64,000 bases of DNA from Candidatus Latescibacterota bacterium (GTDB lineage Bacteria > Latescibacterota > UBA2968 > UBA8231): contig OZ220089.1 in assembly GCA_964291625.2 (NCBI GenBank), positions 800,001 to 864,000 on the forward strand, given 5' to 3'. The position numbers and the translations under genes were made by a program. Under the pieces are notes generated by a model. That model did not search any database and was not told where the DNA came from. It saw only the letters and a list, made by a program, of their open reading frames with translations. This document shows, piece after piece, positions 39,463-49,033 of this stretch (position 1 is the stretch's first letter; each line of letters starts with the position of its first letter).

Positions 39463-40276
39463 ATGACGGACCCGGCCGCCCGACCCCCGCGAACCCACCG
39501 AGGCGCCGTTCCCCCCGCCCTTGCCGCGGCGATGCTCCTGGCTTCCGCGGTCTCGGCCCAGGACCTGAGCTTCCATGCCGGCATCGAGATCCCGGCCGAA
39601 CACCTCGGGGCCACTCTCGAGAAGAGCGTGGACAACACCGACCCCGCCACCCTGGTGCCCGAGCCGCGGCGCGGCAAGGTCCTTCGGGACGAGGACTCCG
39701 GCGCGGTCACGGCCTCCGGGTTCGGACTGGTCGGCGGCTGCCGCCTGGCCCTGGGGTCGGGAGGCGCCTACGTGGGAGCCGAGGTCGATGTCGCATTCCT
39801 CGGCGGCGCCGTGGACAGCCGGCTCGAAGGGGTCGGGGAGTCTTCCGGACGCAACCAGCTCGGGGAGAGCTGGCCGGACCCCTGGTCCCTCGAGCCGGGC
39901 CGAAGCTACGGATTGACGCTCGAGCTCGGCGGCCCCCGCGGACTCTATGCCCTCGGAGGCGTCCGCCGCCTGGAGGCGCGCTACGAGACCCGCTTCCACG
40001 GCTGCATGGACCCCGGTTCCCTGCTCGCCGGAGGCGGATACCCCCGACTTCGTCTCCGGGACCGACGGCCGCGACCTGGACCTGGAGGGCTGGACAGCCG
40101 GCCTCGGCTGGGAGAAGGGACTGCAGGAGCGGATCTCCATGAGGCTGGAGACGCGCTACACCCGGTACGGAGACCAGGAGTGGACGACGTTGTTCGAGGA
40201 GGTGGGGGTCACCGTGCCGGCCGTCCTGGGGGCCGGCGCCATCGGCCTGTCCGGGAGCCTGGCCTGGCGGTTCTGA
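39463..40276 (+). CDS. Outer-membrane beta-barrel protein; apparent frameshift at ~40012
   Basis: GGAGG RBS and signal peptide (AVSA-Q) in one frame; barrel end GWTAGLGWE..RLETRY..SLAWRF in the next frame after a C4 run. Confidence 0.7.
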
Positions 40277-40349
40277 AGCAGCTCGTCGGCGAGCGGGTCC
40301 GCTGCTCCCGCGGCCGGACCCGGGTGAGGTCTCCGGCCGCGGGAGGCCG

Positions 40350-41171
40350 TCACTCGACCTCGGGGCCCGCCTCCCCGCCGGGGCCGGAAGCCTGACGGCG
40401 CTCCTGCTCGGCCCGGTTGATCTGGTCGACGATGTCCGCGTGGCCCGCCACCAGGGGGCCCGACCGCGGGCGCGTCACGGGCTCCCCGTCGAAGGTGGTC
40501 ACCCGACCCCCCGCCTCGCGCACGATCAGCATGGCGGCGGCCATGTCCCAGGGCTCGAGGCGGTGATGGAAGAACCCGCCCAGCCCTCCGGCCGCCACGT
40601 GGCACAGGGCCAGCGCCGCCGAGCCCGCCAGCCGCAGGGCCGCCACCCGCGGGCGCAGCGCCGCCGCCAGCTCCATGCTGTCGCGGGCGGCCTCCTCGTC
40701 GTGGGCCAGATCGAAGGCCAGCAGCGCTGACGACAGTGCGGGGTCGCCGCCTGCGGCGATGGAGCTGCCGTTGCAGGCGGCGCCTTCGCCGGCCGCCGCG
40801 GTGAACAGCTCCTCCCGCAGCGGATCGCAGACCACGCCCACCGCCACCTCCCCTCGCACCACGAGGGCCAGGCTCACGGAGATGTAGGGGAAACCGTGGA
40901 CCAGGTTCAGGGTGCCGTCCACGGGGTCGACGATCCACGTCGGCTCGTCACCCAGCGGAGCGTTGACCGTCTCCTCGGTGAGGAAGCGGTGGTCCGGAAA
41001 GGCGGCGCCGACGCGGGCGCGGATGAGGTCGTTCGCCTGCAAGTCGAGGCCGGTGACGAAGTCCGCCCGGCCCTTGGTCTCCACCACGACGGCTTGGTGC
41101 AGGTTGTCCCGCAGGAGGGTCCCCGCCTCCCGCGCCGCGGCCTCGGCGATCGCCCGGGGGGATCCTCCCAT
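40350..41171 (-). CDS. Inositol monophosphatase family protein
   Basis: DFVT..D, EE, WIVDPVDGT.N, GSAAL, WDMAA. Confidence 0.92.
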   Translation of the reverse strand: MGGSPRAIAEAAAREAGTLLRDNLHQAVVVETKGRADFVTGLDLQANDLIRARVGAAFPDHRFLTEETVNAPLGDEPTWIVDPVDGTLNLVHGFPYISVSLALVVRGEVAVGVVCDPLREELFTAAAGEGAACNGSSIAAGGDPALSSALLAFDLAHDEEAARDSMELAAALRPRVAALRLAGSAALALCHVAAGGLGGFFHHRLEPWDMAAAMLIVREAGGRVTTFDGEPVTRPRSGPLVAGHADIVDQINRAEQERRQASGPGGEAGPEVE

Positions 41172-41181
41172 CAGCCGGCGC

Positions 41182-41841
41182 TCAGGGGCCGCCGAAGGAG
41201 AATGAGAAGGCCGTGCCGAAATGGAAGTAGTAGTTGCCGTACGAGTCGGTGAACAGTCCGATCTCCGGGAAGACCGCCGGTCCCTCCACCTCGTCGGGGG
41301 TCATGACCAGTCCCAGGTTGATCCCCGTGAGATACTCCTCCGGGGTGTCGAGGAGGACGATGGTCTTGAACCCCAGGTTGAGCTCGGTCTCCGTCCGTCC
41401 GAGGGGAATCGTGGCGATGAGAGAGGGGTGAACCTGGTAGGACTCGGCGACCTCGATGTCGGGGTCGCCTGGGAAGAGACCGCTGAAGAACAAGCCGACG
41501 GGCAGGAGGAAGGCCAGTCGATCCTCCACGAGGGAGATCTTGGGGTCGAGGGAGACGAACTGGTACCCGTCCTCGAGATTGATCCGGCTGATCCGGCCCC
41601 CGATCTCGAATCTCTCCAGCCCGTGGCGGAACTGGACGTCCACCACCGAGAACCCGTCCTCGTAGTCCCAGTCTTCTCCGCTGATGAAGGCCTGCCGGCT
41701 GATGCCGGCGGTGATCGATGTCTGCCCCGGGTCCAACCGTTGCGCCGTCTGGTGCATGGCGAAGGTATAGCAGCCCGCAAGTGAGAGGGAGAGGACCACG
41801 GCCGTGAGGAGCTGCACCGAGGCTCGCGAGTTCCGCATCAC
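41182..41841 (-). CDS. Hypothetical lipoprotein with beta-barrel-like C-terminus
   Basis: LAGC lipobox, QTA..L..G, terminal FGTAFSF; ATGA overlap with the upstream gene. Confidence 0.7.
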   Translation of the reverse strand: MMRNSRASVQLLTAVVLSLSLAGCYTFAMHQTAQRLDPGQTSITAGISRQAFISGEDWDYEDGFSVVDVQFRHGLERFEIGGRISRINLEDGYQFVSLDPKISLVEDRLAFLLPVGLFFSGLFPGDPDIEVAESYQVHPSLIATIPLGRTETELNLGFKTIVLLDTPEEYLTGINLGLVMTPDEVEGPAVFPEIGLFTDSYGNYYFHFGTAFSFSFGGP

Positions 41842-42917
41842 CAGGACATCCTCAGGCCGAAGGAGTGGACGAATCTCGTGGACTCGACGAGCCAGCTCTC
41901 GGGCACCCTGATCAGCGCGTAGTCGAGACCGACCTGCCCCGGAAGGCGCCCGCGGTCCGGTGAGAGAGCGATGCCCAGGCCGAGGCGGTTGTACAGCCGG
42001 TGGCGGTCCTGGTATTCGTTGATCCAGCCCGTCCGCAGGGAGAGCCAGCGATAGAGGGTCAGCTCGAGGCCGATCCCGCCGAAGTCGGCATCTCTCACGA
42101 TATCGTCACTTTCGAAGCCGCCGCCGGCGGGTGGATTGAGGAACCGCCGGTACTCGGCGGTCATGACGAATCCCAACGGCGGAGAGATCTCCGTGGAGGG
42201 CCGGTCGATGGCGTAGCGGATTCCCGTGCGGAGATACAGGGGCAGGGAGATCCGGGATTCGGAGGTGCGGCCGTCAGAAGTGGTTGTATACACATGTCCA
42301 GAGGAGTGATTCTGCAGGGCCATTCCGATGGTGAGGCCGCCAAGGGGGCCGTCCGCGAAGTCACCGGCGTGGTAGAGCCCACCCAGATCGAAGGACGCAA
42401 CGTAGCTCGACTCCTGCTCGAAGCCCGAGTCGATCTGAGTAAAGAGGTTGAAGAAGCGGTTGAAGAGCTTGAGGGTTCCCCCGACCGCCATGGGCCCGCG
42501 GGATATGCCATAGGCCAGGGAGAAGGTCTGGCCGTAGAACCGGGCAGCCTCGGACGTGCCCTGCTCCATCCTGTTGAAGGCAAGGGCCACTCCGCCCAGA
42601 GGAGCGGGTGAAGCCACTCCGAGGCTCCACGAGTAGAGGTCCTCGATCTCCCAATCGTCATCGGCCCAATCGAAAGACCTGTAGTTGTAGAAGAGGTCCG
42701 TCCCCGACAGGAAGGCCAGGTTGGCGGGGTTGGAGGAGAGCGCCGCCGCCGGATTGCCCGCGTCGGCGACGGAGGACTCGCCCATGGCCACGCTTCGAGG
42801 GTCCGTTACTGTGTCGAAGGAGTGGTGGTTCGGGAGATACACCTCCTGCGCATGGCACATCGAACCCGCGAAGGACAGGATGGCCAGGCCGGCCGCCGCT
42901 CGTCCCGCGGGGCTCAT
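41838..42917 (-). CDS. PorV/PorQ-like outer-membrane barrel protein
   Basis: Signal peptide, RSVAMGE....NPANLA, DLGGLY, LSLRTG, LDYA, HSFGL; start ATG 42917 overlaps the OppA stop. Confidence 0.75.
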   Translation of the reverse strand: MSPAGRAAAGLAILSFAGSMCHAQEVYLPNHHSFDTVTDPRSVAMGESSVADAGNPAAALSSNPANLAFLSGTDLFYNYRSFDWADDDWEIEDLYSWSLGVASPAPLGGVALAFNRMEQGTSEAARFYGQTFSLAYGISRGPMAVGGTLKLFNRFFNLFTQIDSGFEQESSYVASFDLGGLYHAGDFADGPLGGLTIGMALQNHSSGHVYTTTSDGRTSESRISLPLYLRTGIRYAIDRPSTEISPPLGFVMTAEYRRFLNPPAGGGFESDDIVRDADFGGIGLELTLYRWLSLRTGWINEYQDRHRLYNRLGLGIALSPDRGRLPGQVGLDYALIRVPESWLVESTRFVHSFGLRMSW

Positions 42918-44908
42918 GCCCCCGGCCCGCCCACCGGCTCCAGGCGGATGAAGGTCTTGAGCAGTTCCCACTGCCAGGAGTGGGGGAAGCCGTAGGGGTC
43001 CTGCCAGCTCGGCCAGCCGCTCCAGCGGGTGGTGTTGCAGGGGTAGCGGATGATCAGCTGGGCCAGGAAGATGTCGGGCATCTCCCGCACCCAGATCTCC
43101 ATCGCCTCGGTGAACAGCTCCAGCAGCTCCGGGTCCCCCACCTGCAGGGGCGCGGTGCGCTCGACGATGCGGTCGAACTCCTCGTTGCGCCACCGCGAGA
43201 TCGTCGACCACAGGGGCGCCGGCTGCCCCGTGGGCCGGTAGTACTGGGAGGTGTAGTAGGAGAGCATCAGGTAGGGGTCCATGCCGCGCACGCCGCTGGG
43301 CCCCTTGCAGCCGAGGGAGGCCGTCTGCTCCCCGGTCTGCACCAGCGAGGTCAGGCCCGGCGAGGTGTCGAAGTTGGCGTCGAAGCCGGCGTCGCGCAGC
43401 TGCTGGGTCAGGGGCGGACCGTAGGACCGCAGCCACTGGGGCACGTACATGGCGATCTCGATCCGCTCCCCTGCCGCGTCGATCCAGAACCCCTCCTCGT
43501 CCTTGGCGTAGCCCTTCCCCTCCATGATGCGGACCACCTCCTCCGGGTGGGGGCGGCTGTCGTACCCGTGGCGGGCGAGGATCTCCTGCAGGGCCTCGTC
43601 GAAGGGGGCGAACCACTCGTAGGGGGTGAAGGGGTGGAGGGCGACGACGCCGGCGCCCGACTCGGCCAGCTGCACGACCTTGTCGCGGTCGATGGCCATG
43701 CTGATCGCCCGGCGGATCTCGGGGTCGTCGTAGGGCGGCTCGGAGCAGTTCATGTTGAGGTCGATGGGGCACCAGTCGAGGTAGCCGTAGGGCGGCTCCC
43801 TGCCGCTGAAGGTCACCACCCGCGGGTTGCGCTCCAGCACGCTCTCGAGGGTGAGGACCTGCATGATCGGCGCCATGTCGAGCTGGTCCGTCAGCAGCAG
43901 TTGGGCGGACTGGCTCTCCTCCTGCTGCGGCACGTAGATGATGCGCTCGATCCTCGGCAGGCGCTTGAACCCCTCCCGGGCCGCCCACCAGTCCCGGCGC
44001 AGGTCGTAGATCTTCTGGTAGGGCGAGGCGTAGACGAGGCGGTAGGGCCCGGTGCCCAGGGGCAGGCCGCCGTCGATGTCGTGGAAGGTGAACTCCAGGG
44101 GGTCCTCGTGGCGCCAGACGTGCTCGGGCAGGACCAGGATGCCGTGGTTGCTGCTCAGGGTGGTGGCCCAGAAGGCCGGGCCCGGCTTGTTGAGAAGGAG
44201 CCGCACCGTGTGGTCGTCGACGACCTCGGCGGCCTCGAAGAAGTCGGGCAGGTCGGCCAGGTGCACCATGGCCGCGGCGTTGTCGCGCAGCATCTCGAAG
44301 GTGAACGCCACGTCGCGCGCCGTGAACGGTTTCCCGTCGGCCCACTCGACGCCGTTGCGGAGCCGCACGGTGAGCACGGTGCGGGTGTCGTCGTACTCCC
44401 AGCTCTCGGCCAGCCAGTTCTCGTGCTCCCCGGTGAGCACGTTGTACATGATCAGCGGCTCGAAGACGGTGGGCAGGGTGCCCATGTGGTAGCCCTGGTC
44501 CGAGCCCGGGATGTAGGGGTTCTGGTTGTTGAACAGGGCGTACTGGTTGGGGCCGCCGTTCATCAGGATCATGGTGCGGTCCCGGGGGACCTCGGGCAGC
44601 ACGATCCCCTGCCCGCAGCCGGCCAGGACCGCCCACGCCGCCAGCAACAGTCCGCCGCAGGCCACCGCTGCCGGAGCCCGGCGCCGTGGCCGCCCGGCCC
44701 GGGGCCCGCGCCCGGCACATTCACGGAGGCTCGCTTTGCCGCAACTCCCCGGCGTCAGCGCATGGAGGCCCGGCCGCCCGGACCGATGCTTCCCGGCGCC
44801 GCCGCGGAGGCTCGACCTGCGGCAGCTCCCCGGCGCCGGCGCCCGGAGGCCTGGCCGTCCGGTGCGCTCGCTCCCGCCGGCGTCCCGGTGGATCCCCGCG
44901 CCCATCAC
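42914..44908 (-). CDS. ABC transporter substrate-binding lipoprotein (family 5, OppA/DppA-like)
   Basis: LAGC lipobox, LAESWE, LRNGVEWADGKPFTARDVAFT, GTGPY, RRAISMAIDR; true start may lie downstream of 44908. Confidence 0.9.
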   Translation of the reverse strand: MMGAGIHRDAGGSERTGRPGLRAPAPGSCRRSSLRGGAGKHRSGRPGLHALTPGSCGKASLRECAGRGPRAGRPRRRAPAAVACGGLLLAAWAVLAGCGQGIVLPEVPRDRTMILMNGGPNQYALFNNQNPYIPGSDQGYHMGTLPTVFEPLIMYNVLTGEHENWLAESWEYDDTRTVLTVRLRNGVEWADGKPFTARDVAFTFEMLRDNAAAMVHLADLPDFFEAAEVVDDHTVRLLLNKPGPAFWATTLSSNHGILVLPEHVWRHEDPLEFTFHDIDGGLPLGTGPYRLVYASPYQKIYDLRRDWWAAREGFKRLPRIERIIYVPQQEESQSAQLLLTDQLDMAPIMQVLTLESVLERNPRVVTFSGREPPYGYLDWCPIDLNMNCSEPPYDDPEIRRAISMAIDRDKVVQLAESGAGVVALHPFTPYEWFAPFDEALQEILARHGYDSRPHPEEVVRIMEGKGYAKDEEGFWIDAAGERIEIAMYVPQWLRSYGPPLTQQLRDAGFDANFDTSPGLTSLVQTGEQTASLGCKGPSGVRGMDPYLMLSYYTSQYYRPTGQPAPLWSTISRWRNEEFDRIVERTAPLQVGDPELLELFTEAMEIWVREMPDIFLAQLIIRYPCNTTRWSGWPSWQDPYGFPHSWQWELLKTFIRLEPVGGPGA
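44680..44866. repeat. Degenerate 81-bp tandem repeat (~2.3 copies)
   Basis: Units starting at 44711 and 44792 share cggaggctcg, ctccccggcg and ggaggcc.ggccg; translated as R(T/S)GRPGL(R/H)A..PGSC...SLR..AG. Confidence 0.7.
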
Positions 44909-45960
44909 CCGCCTCCGTGGGAGAGGGCGGCCACCTGCTCCTCCGAGAGCAGGTCGGCCTCCTCGTGGAGGAAGCAGGCCGCGGCGCGGCCCTCGTCGGT
45001 GCGCACCAGGGGCGGCGTCTGCTGCCGGCAGCGGTCCATGACGTGGGGGCAGCGCCCGGCGAAGGCGCAGCCGCCCCCGGGTGCGTGGGGGGCGCCGTTC
45101 TCTTCCCCTGCATCGGCGGCATCGGTCTCCGCGCCGTCGGCGCCCTCCTCCCCGCCCCAGCGGCGTCTCGTGTCCGGCAGGGGGATCGATCCCACGAGGA
45201 GCTGCGTGTAGGGGTGCTTCGGCGCCTTGATGACCTGCTCGACGCCGCCCACCTCGACCACCTCCCCCTGGTACATGATCAGGATGGTGCGGCTCAACTG
45301 GTAGGCCGTGGTCAGGTCGTGGGTGATGTAGACGAGGCTGATGCCGCGCTCCCGGTGGATGCGGAAGAGGGTCTCGAGGATGGTGGCGCGCAGGGAGGCG
45401 TCGACCATGGAGACGGGCTCGTCGGCGACGATCACCTTGGGGTCGAGGAGCAGGGCCCGGGCCACCATGATGCGCTGGCGCTGGCCGCCGCTGAGCTGGT
45501 GGGGGTAGCGGCCCAGGGTCTCCTCCGGGCGCAGGCCGACCGCCTGCAGGCCCTCCTCGATGCGCTGCCGCCGCTCGCCCCGCGACAGCTCCGGGAAGAA
45601 CCGGGCCAGCGGGGTCGCCAGGGAGTGGTCGACGCGGTAGAAAGGGTTGAAGACCTCGAAGGGGTCCTGGAAGACGGCCTGCACCTGGCGCCGGAAGGTC
45701 TTGCGCGTGCGCGCGTCCAGGTCGCCCAGCTCCGTGCCCCGGTAGCGGACCGAGCCCCCCGTGGGCGGCAGGATGCCCAGGAGCAGCCGCGCCAGGGTGG
45801 TCTTGCCGCTGCCGCTCTCGCCGGCGATGGCCACGACCGCCGGCTCCTCCTCGGGGATCACCAGGGATGCGCCGGCCACGGCCACGGTCCGCCGGCGGTC
45901 GAAGAGCCCGCCGCCGAAGGTCCGGCTCGCCTGCCTCGCCTCGAGCAGGGGCGCGCTCAC
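44905..45960 (-). CDS. Oligopeptide/sugar ABC transporter ATP-binding protein (OppF-like)
   Basis: GESGSGKTT, LSGGQRQR, ADEPVSM, HPYT; GTG start overlapping the OppD stop. Confidence 0.92.
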   Translation of the reverse strand: MSAPLLEARQASRTFGGGLFDRRRTVAVAGASLVIPEEEPAVVAIAGESGSGKTTLARLLLGILPPTGGSVRYRGTELGDLDARTRKTFRRQVQAVFQDPFEVFNPFYRVDHSLATPLARFFPELSRGERRQRIEEGLQAVGLRPEETLGRYPHQLSGGQRQRIMVARALLLDPKVIVADEPVSMVDASLRATILETLFRIHRERGISLVYITHDLTTAYQLSRTILIMYQGEVVEVGGVEQVIKAPKHPYTQLLVGSIPLPDTRRRWGGEEGADGAETDAADAGEENGAPHAPGGGCAFAGRCPHVMDRCRQQTPPLVRTDEGRAAACFLHEEADLLSEEQVAALSHGGG

Positions 45961-46958
45961 GGGGCCTCCCCGTGCAGGTGGCAGGCCGCCAGCCGCTCGC
46001 CCGCCCCGTCGCCGGCGGCGGTCACCGCCTCCAGGGGCGGGACGCTGGCGGAGCAGCGCTCCATCACCTCGGGACAGCGCGGGTGGAAGGGGCACCCCGG
46101 CGGCGGCTCCAGCAGCGACGGCGGCAGGCCGGGGATGCCGCGGAACTCGCCCCGGCGGTCCAGGGAGGGCAGGCTGTCCACCAGCAGGCGCGTGTACGGA
46201 TGGAGGGGCTCCTCGAGCAGGCCCCGCACCGGGCCGACCTCGGCCAGCCGGCCGGCGTACATGACCCCGATGCGGTCGACGCACTGGGCCATGAGCCCCA
46301 TGTCGTGGCCCACCAGGATCACGGCGGCGTCGAGCTCCTTCTGCACCCGGAAGAGGGTGTCCATGACCCGCTTCTGCACGACCACGTCGAGGGCGCTGGT
46401 GGGCTCGTCGGCGATGATCACCCGGGGGCGCAGGGCCACGGCGATGGCCATGCCCACGCGCTGCTTCATGCCGCCGCTCAGCTCGTGGGGGTACATGCGC
46501 GCAACGGCCGGGTCCAGCTCGACCAGGGCCAGCAGCTCCCGCACCCGCTCCCGCAGGGCGTCGCGGTCGGTCGGTTCCTCGTGGGCCTCGATCGTGTCGG
46601 CGATCTGGGCGCCGACGCGCATCACCGGGTTGAGGGAGTTCATCACCCCCTGGGGGATCAGGGATATCCGCGAGAACCGGACCCTTCGCATCTCCTCGTC
46701 CGACAGGGCCAGCAGCTCCAGCTCGTCGAGGTGGACCCGCCCTGCCTCGATGCGTCCGGGGGGCCGGATCAGGCGCATGAGGGCCATGGCCGTCGTCGAC
46801 TTCCCCGAGCCCGACTCCCCCACCAGCCCCAGCCGCTCGCCCGACCGCAGTTCGAAGCCGACGCCCTCCACGGCGCGCACCGGTCCGCCGCCGGTGTGGT
46901 AGTGGACGCGCAGGTCCTCCACCCGCAGCACCACGCGGCCCCCGGAAGCGGCGCTCAC
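45957..46958 (-). CDS. ABC transporter ATP-binding protein (OppD-like)
   Basis: GESGSGKST, LSGGMKQR, ADEPTSALD, GCPFHPRC; GTG start 46958. Confidence 0.92.
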   Translation of the reverse strand: MSAASGGRVVLRVEDLRVHYHTGGGPVRAVEGVGFELRSGERLGLVGESGSGKSTTAMALMRLIRPPGRIEAGRVHLDELELLALSDEEMRRVRFSRISLIPQGVMNSLNPVMRVGAQIADTIEAHEEPTDRDALRERVRELLALVELDPAVARMYPHELSGGMKQRVGMAIAVALRPRVIIADEPTSALDVVVQKRVMDTLFRVQKELDAAVILVGHDMGLMAQCVDRIGVMYAGRLAEVGPVRGLLEEPLHPYTRLLVDSLPSLDRRGEFRGIPGLPPSLLEPPPGCPFHPRCPEVMERCSASVPPLEAVTAAGDGAGERLAACHLHGEAP

Positions 46959-47809
46959 GAGGCCCGCCACATGCGGGGATTGGCGATGCGGTCCAGCCCC
47001 ATGGAGACGAGGAAGAGGCCGATGAAGATGAGCACGATCATCACCATGGGCGGCGCCCACCACCACCACATGCCCCGCAGCAGGGAGGTGTAGTAGAGGG
47101 CCCAGTAGATGGTCATGCCGAGGGTGGGGTCGTTCTGGGGGCCCAGGCCGAGGGCCTCCAGGCCGATGGAGGCCAGCACCGCCGCGGCCACGGCGCTGAC
47201 GAAGCTGGCCGCCAGGTAGGGCAGCAGGTTCGGCAGCAGCTCCCGGGCGATGATCTCCAGGTCCCCCATGCCCGACAGCCGCGCCACCTGCACGTAGGCG
47301 CGCTCGCGCATGGACAGCACCTGGGCGCGGATCGTGCGCGTCGGCACCATCCACGCCAGGGAGGCGACCACCAGGGCCATCATGTCCACGGTGACCGCGG
47401 TGCGCAGGGAGGTGGCCAGGACCACCAGGAAGAGCAGGCCGGGCACGGTGAGCAGCACGTCGGCGGCGCCCCGGATCAGGGTGTCCGGCAGGCCGCGGAA
47501 GTAGCCGGCCACGAAGCCGAGGAGGATGCCGATGCCGAGCCCCACGGCGCCGGCGAGGAAGCCCACCCGCAGGGTGAGAGGCGTGCCCGCCACCATCACC
47601 GCCATCAGGTCCCGCCCCGCCGCGTCGGTGCCGAGGGGGTGCTCCAGCGACGGCGCCAGGTTGGCCGGCGCCGAGCCGACGCGGGCCTGGTCGGTGTCGA
47701 CGAAGAGGGACCCCACGGGGCCGAAGGCCAGGACCAAAAAGACGATGGCCAAACCCGCCGCCAGCTGGGGGTGGCGGTGAGCCGCCGCGGCGATCCGGGA
47801 GAGCCTCAT
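46955..47809 (-). CDS. ABC transporter permease (OppC-like)
   Basis: HPLGTDAAGRD, EAA-like YVQVARLSG, LLPN; start ATG 47809. Confidence 0.92.
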   Translation of the reverse strand: MRLSRIAAAAHRHPQLAAGLAIVFLVLAFGPVGSLFVDTDQARVGSAPANLAPSLEHPLGTDAAGRDLMAVMVAGTPLTLRVGFLAGAVGLGIGILLGFVAGYFRGLPDTLIRGAADVLLTVPGLLFLVVLATSLRTAVTVDMMALVVASLAWMVPTRTIRAQVLSMRERAYVQVARLSGMGDLEIIARELLPNLLPYLAASFVSAVAAAVLASIGLEALGLGPQNDPTLGMTIYWALYYTSLLRGMWWWWAPPMVMIVLIFIGLFLVSMGLDRIANPRMWRAS

Positions 47810-48807
47810 CGGCGGTAGGCGATGCGCGGGTCGAGGAGCGGGTAGACCAGGTCGAGGATCAGGGTGACGGTGGCGATGGCGAGGATGACCATGACCACCA
47901 CCCCGTAGATGACGAAGTAGTCGAAGGTCTGCACGGCGCGGTAGAGGACCGTGCCGACGCCGGGATAGGCGAAGACGACCTCCACCAGCACCGCCCCGGA
48001 GACGACGTAGCCCATGGCCAGGGCCAGGGCCGTGGTCTGGGGCAGCAGGGCGTTGCGCAGGGCGTAGCGGAAGAAGATGTCGCGGCTCTTCAGGCCCCGG
48101 GCCTCGGCGTAGTTGACGTAGTCCTCGCCCTGGACGGTGACCATCATGCCGCGCATGGACAGGGCCCAGAACCCCACCGACGAGAGGACGATCGACAGGG
48201 CCGGCACGATGGAGTGGTAGACCACGTCGAGGGCGTAGGACAGGCTGGGTCCGGGCAGGGTCCCGAGGGTGAATCCGCCGCCGAGGGGGAAGGCCCGCAG
48301 GGTGAAGCCCAGCACGAAGACGAGGACCAGGCCGAGGAGGTAGTAGGGGATCGCCGACAGGGCCAGGAAGGGGGCGGCGAAGTAGTGCAGGGCCCCGGGC
48401 GAGCGCGGCCAGGCCAGCAGGGCCCCGAGGACGGTGCCGAGGGCGAAGGCGATGAGGGTGGCCGTGGTCAGCAGGCCGAGGGTCCACGGCAGGGCCCGCA
48501 GGATGATGTCGGAGGCGCGGCTCGGGAAGTTGGCGATGGAGACCCCGAAGTCGAGGCGGGCCACGTCCCCGAGATAGCGCACGTACTGCTTCCACAGGGG
48601 CTGGTCCAGGCCGAAGCGGGCCTCGTAGGTGGCGACCACCGCCTCCATGTCGGTCTTGCCCGCGCCCCCGAAGGAGACGGCCTGCAGCAGGCGCTCCCGG
48701 ATCGGGTTCACCGGGGCCATGCGGGGCATCATGAAGTTGATCGTGGCCCCGGCCCAGATGACCAGCAGGAAGACGCCGAAGCGGCGGAGGACGTAGTTGA
48801 GGCTCAA
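47806..48807 (-). CDS. ABC transporter permease (OppB-like)
   Basis: FGLDQPLWKQY, DFGVS, EDYVNYAEARGL, ALRNALLP. Confidence 0.92.
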   Translation of the reverse strand: MSLNYVLRRFGVFLLVIWAGATINFMMPRMAPVNPIRERLLQAVSFGGAGKTDMEAVVATYEARFGLDQPLWKQYVRYLGDVARLDFGVSIANFPSRASDIILRALPWTLGLLTTATLIAFALGTVLGALLAWPRSPGALHYFAAPFLALSAIPYYLLGLVLVFVLGFTLRAFPLGGGFTLGTLPGPSLSYALDVVYHSIVPALSIVLSSVGFWALSMRGMMVTVQGEDYVNYAEARGLKSRDIFFRYALRNALLPQTTALALAMGYVVSGAVLVEVVFAYPGVGTVLYRAVQTFDYFVIYGVVVMVILAIATVTLILDLVYPLLDPRIAYRR

Positions 48808-49033
48808 ATCGGGGCGATGCCGTGGGCTTCAGGGTGAACGGAAGCGTTGGAAGAAAGCGGATCGGGCGTCGGGGAGAAAGAGGCGGATCGTCCCGGCGGT
48901 GGTGACCGCCTCCGGCAGGGCACCTCCCGTCGGACCGCTGCCTCGCAGCGTACCACCCAAACGCCGCCGGCCAGCGCAAGGTGGCGGGATCCGGCGATCA
49001 CCGGCACCCCCGGGCCAACCTCCCGGGAATCTC

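Noticed and set aside
48808-49033. Riboswitch upstream of the Opp operon
   Set aside because: Only short GC hairpins; no known aptamer consensus or terminator
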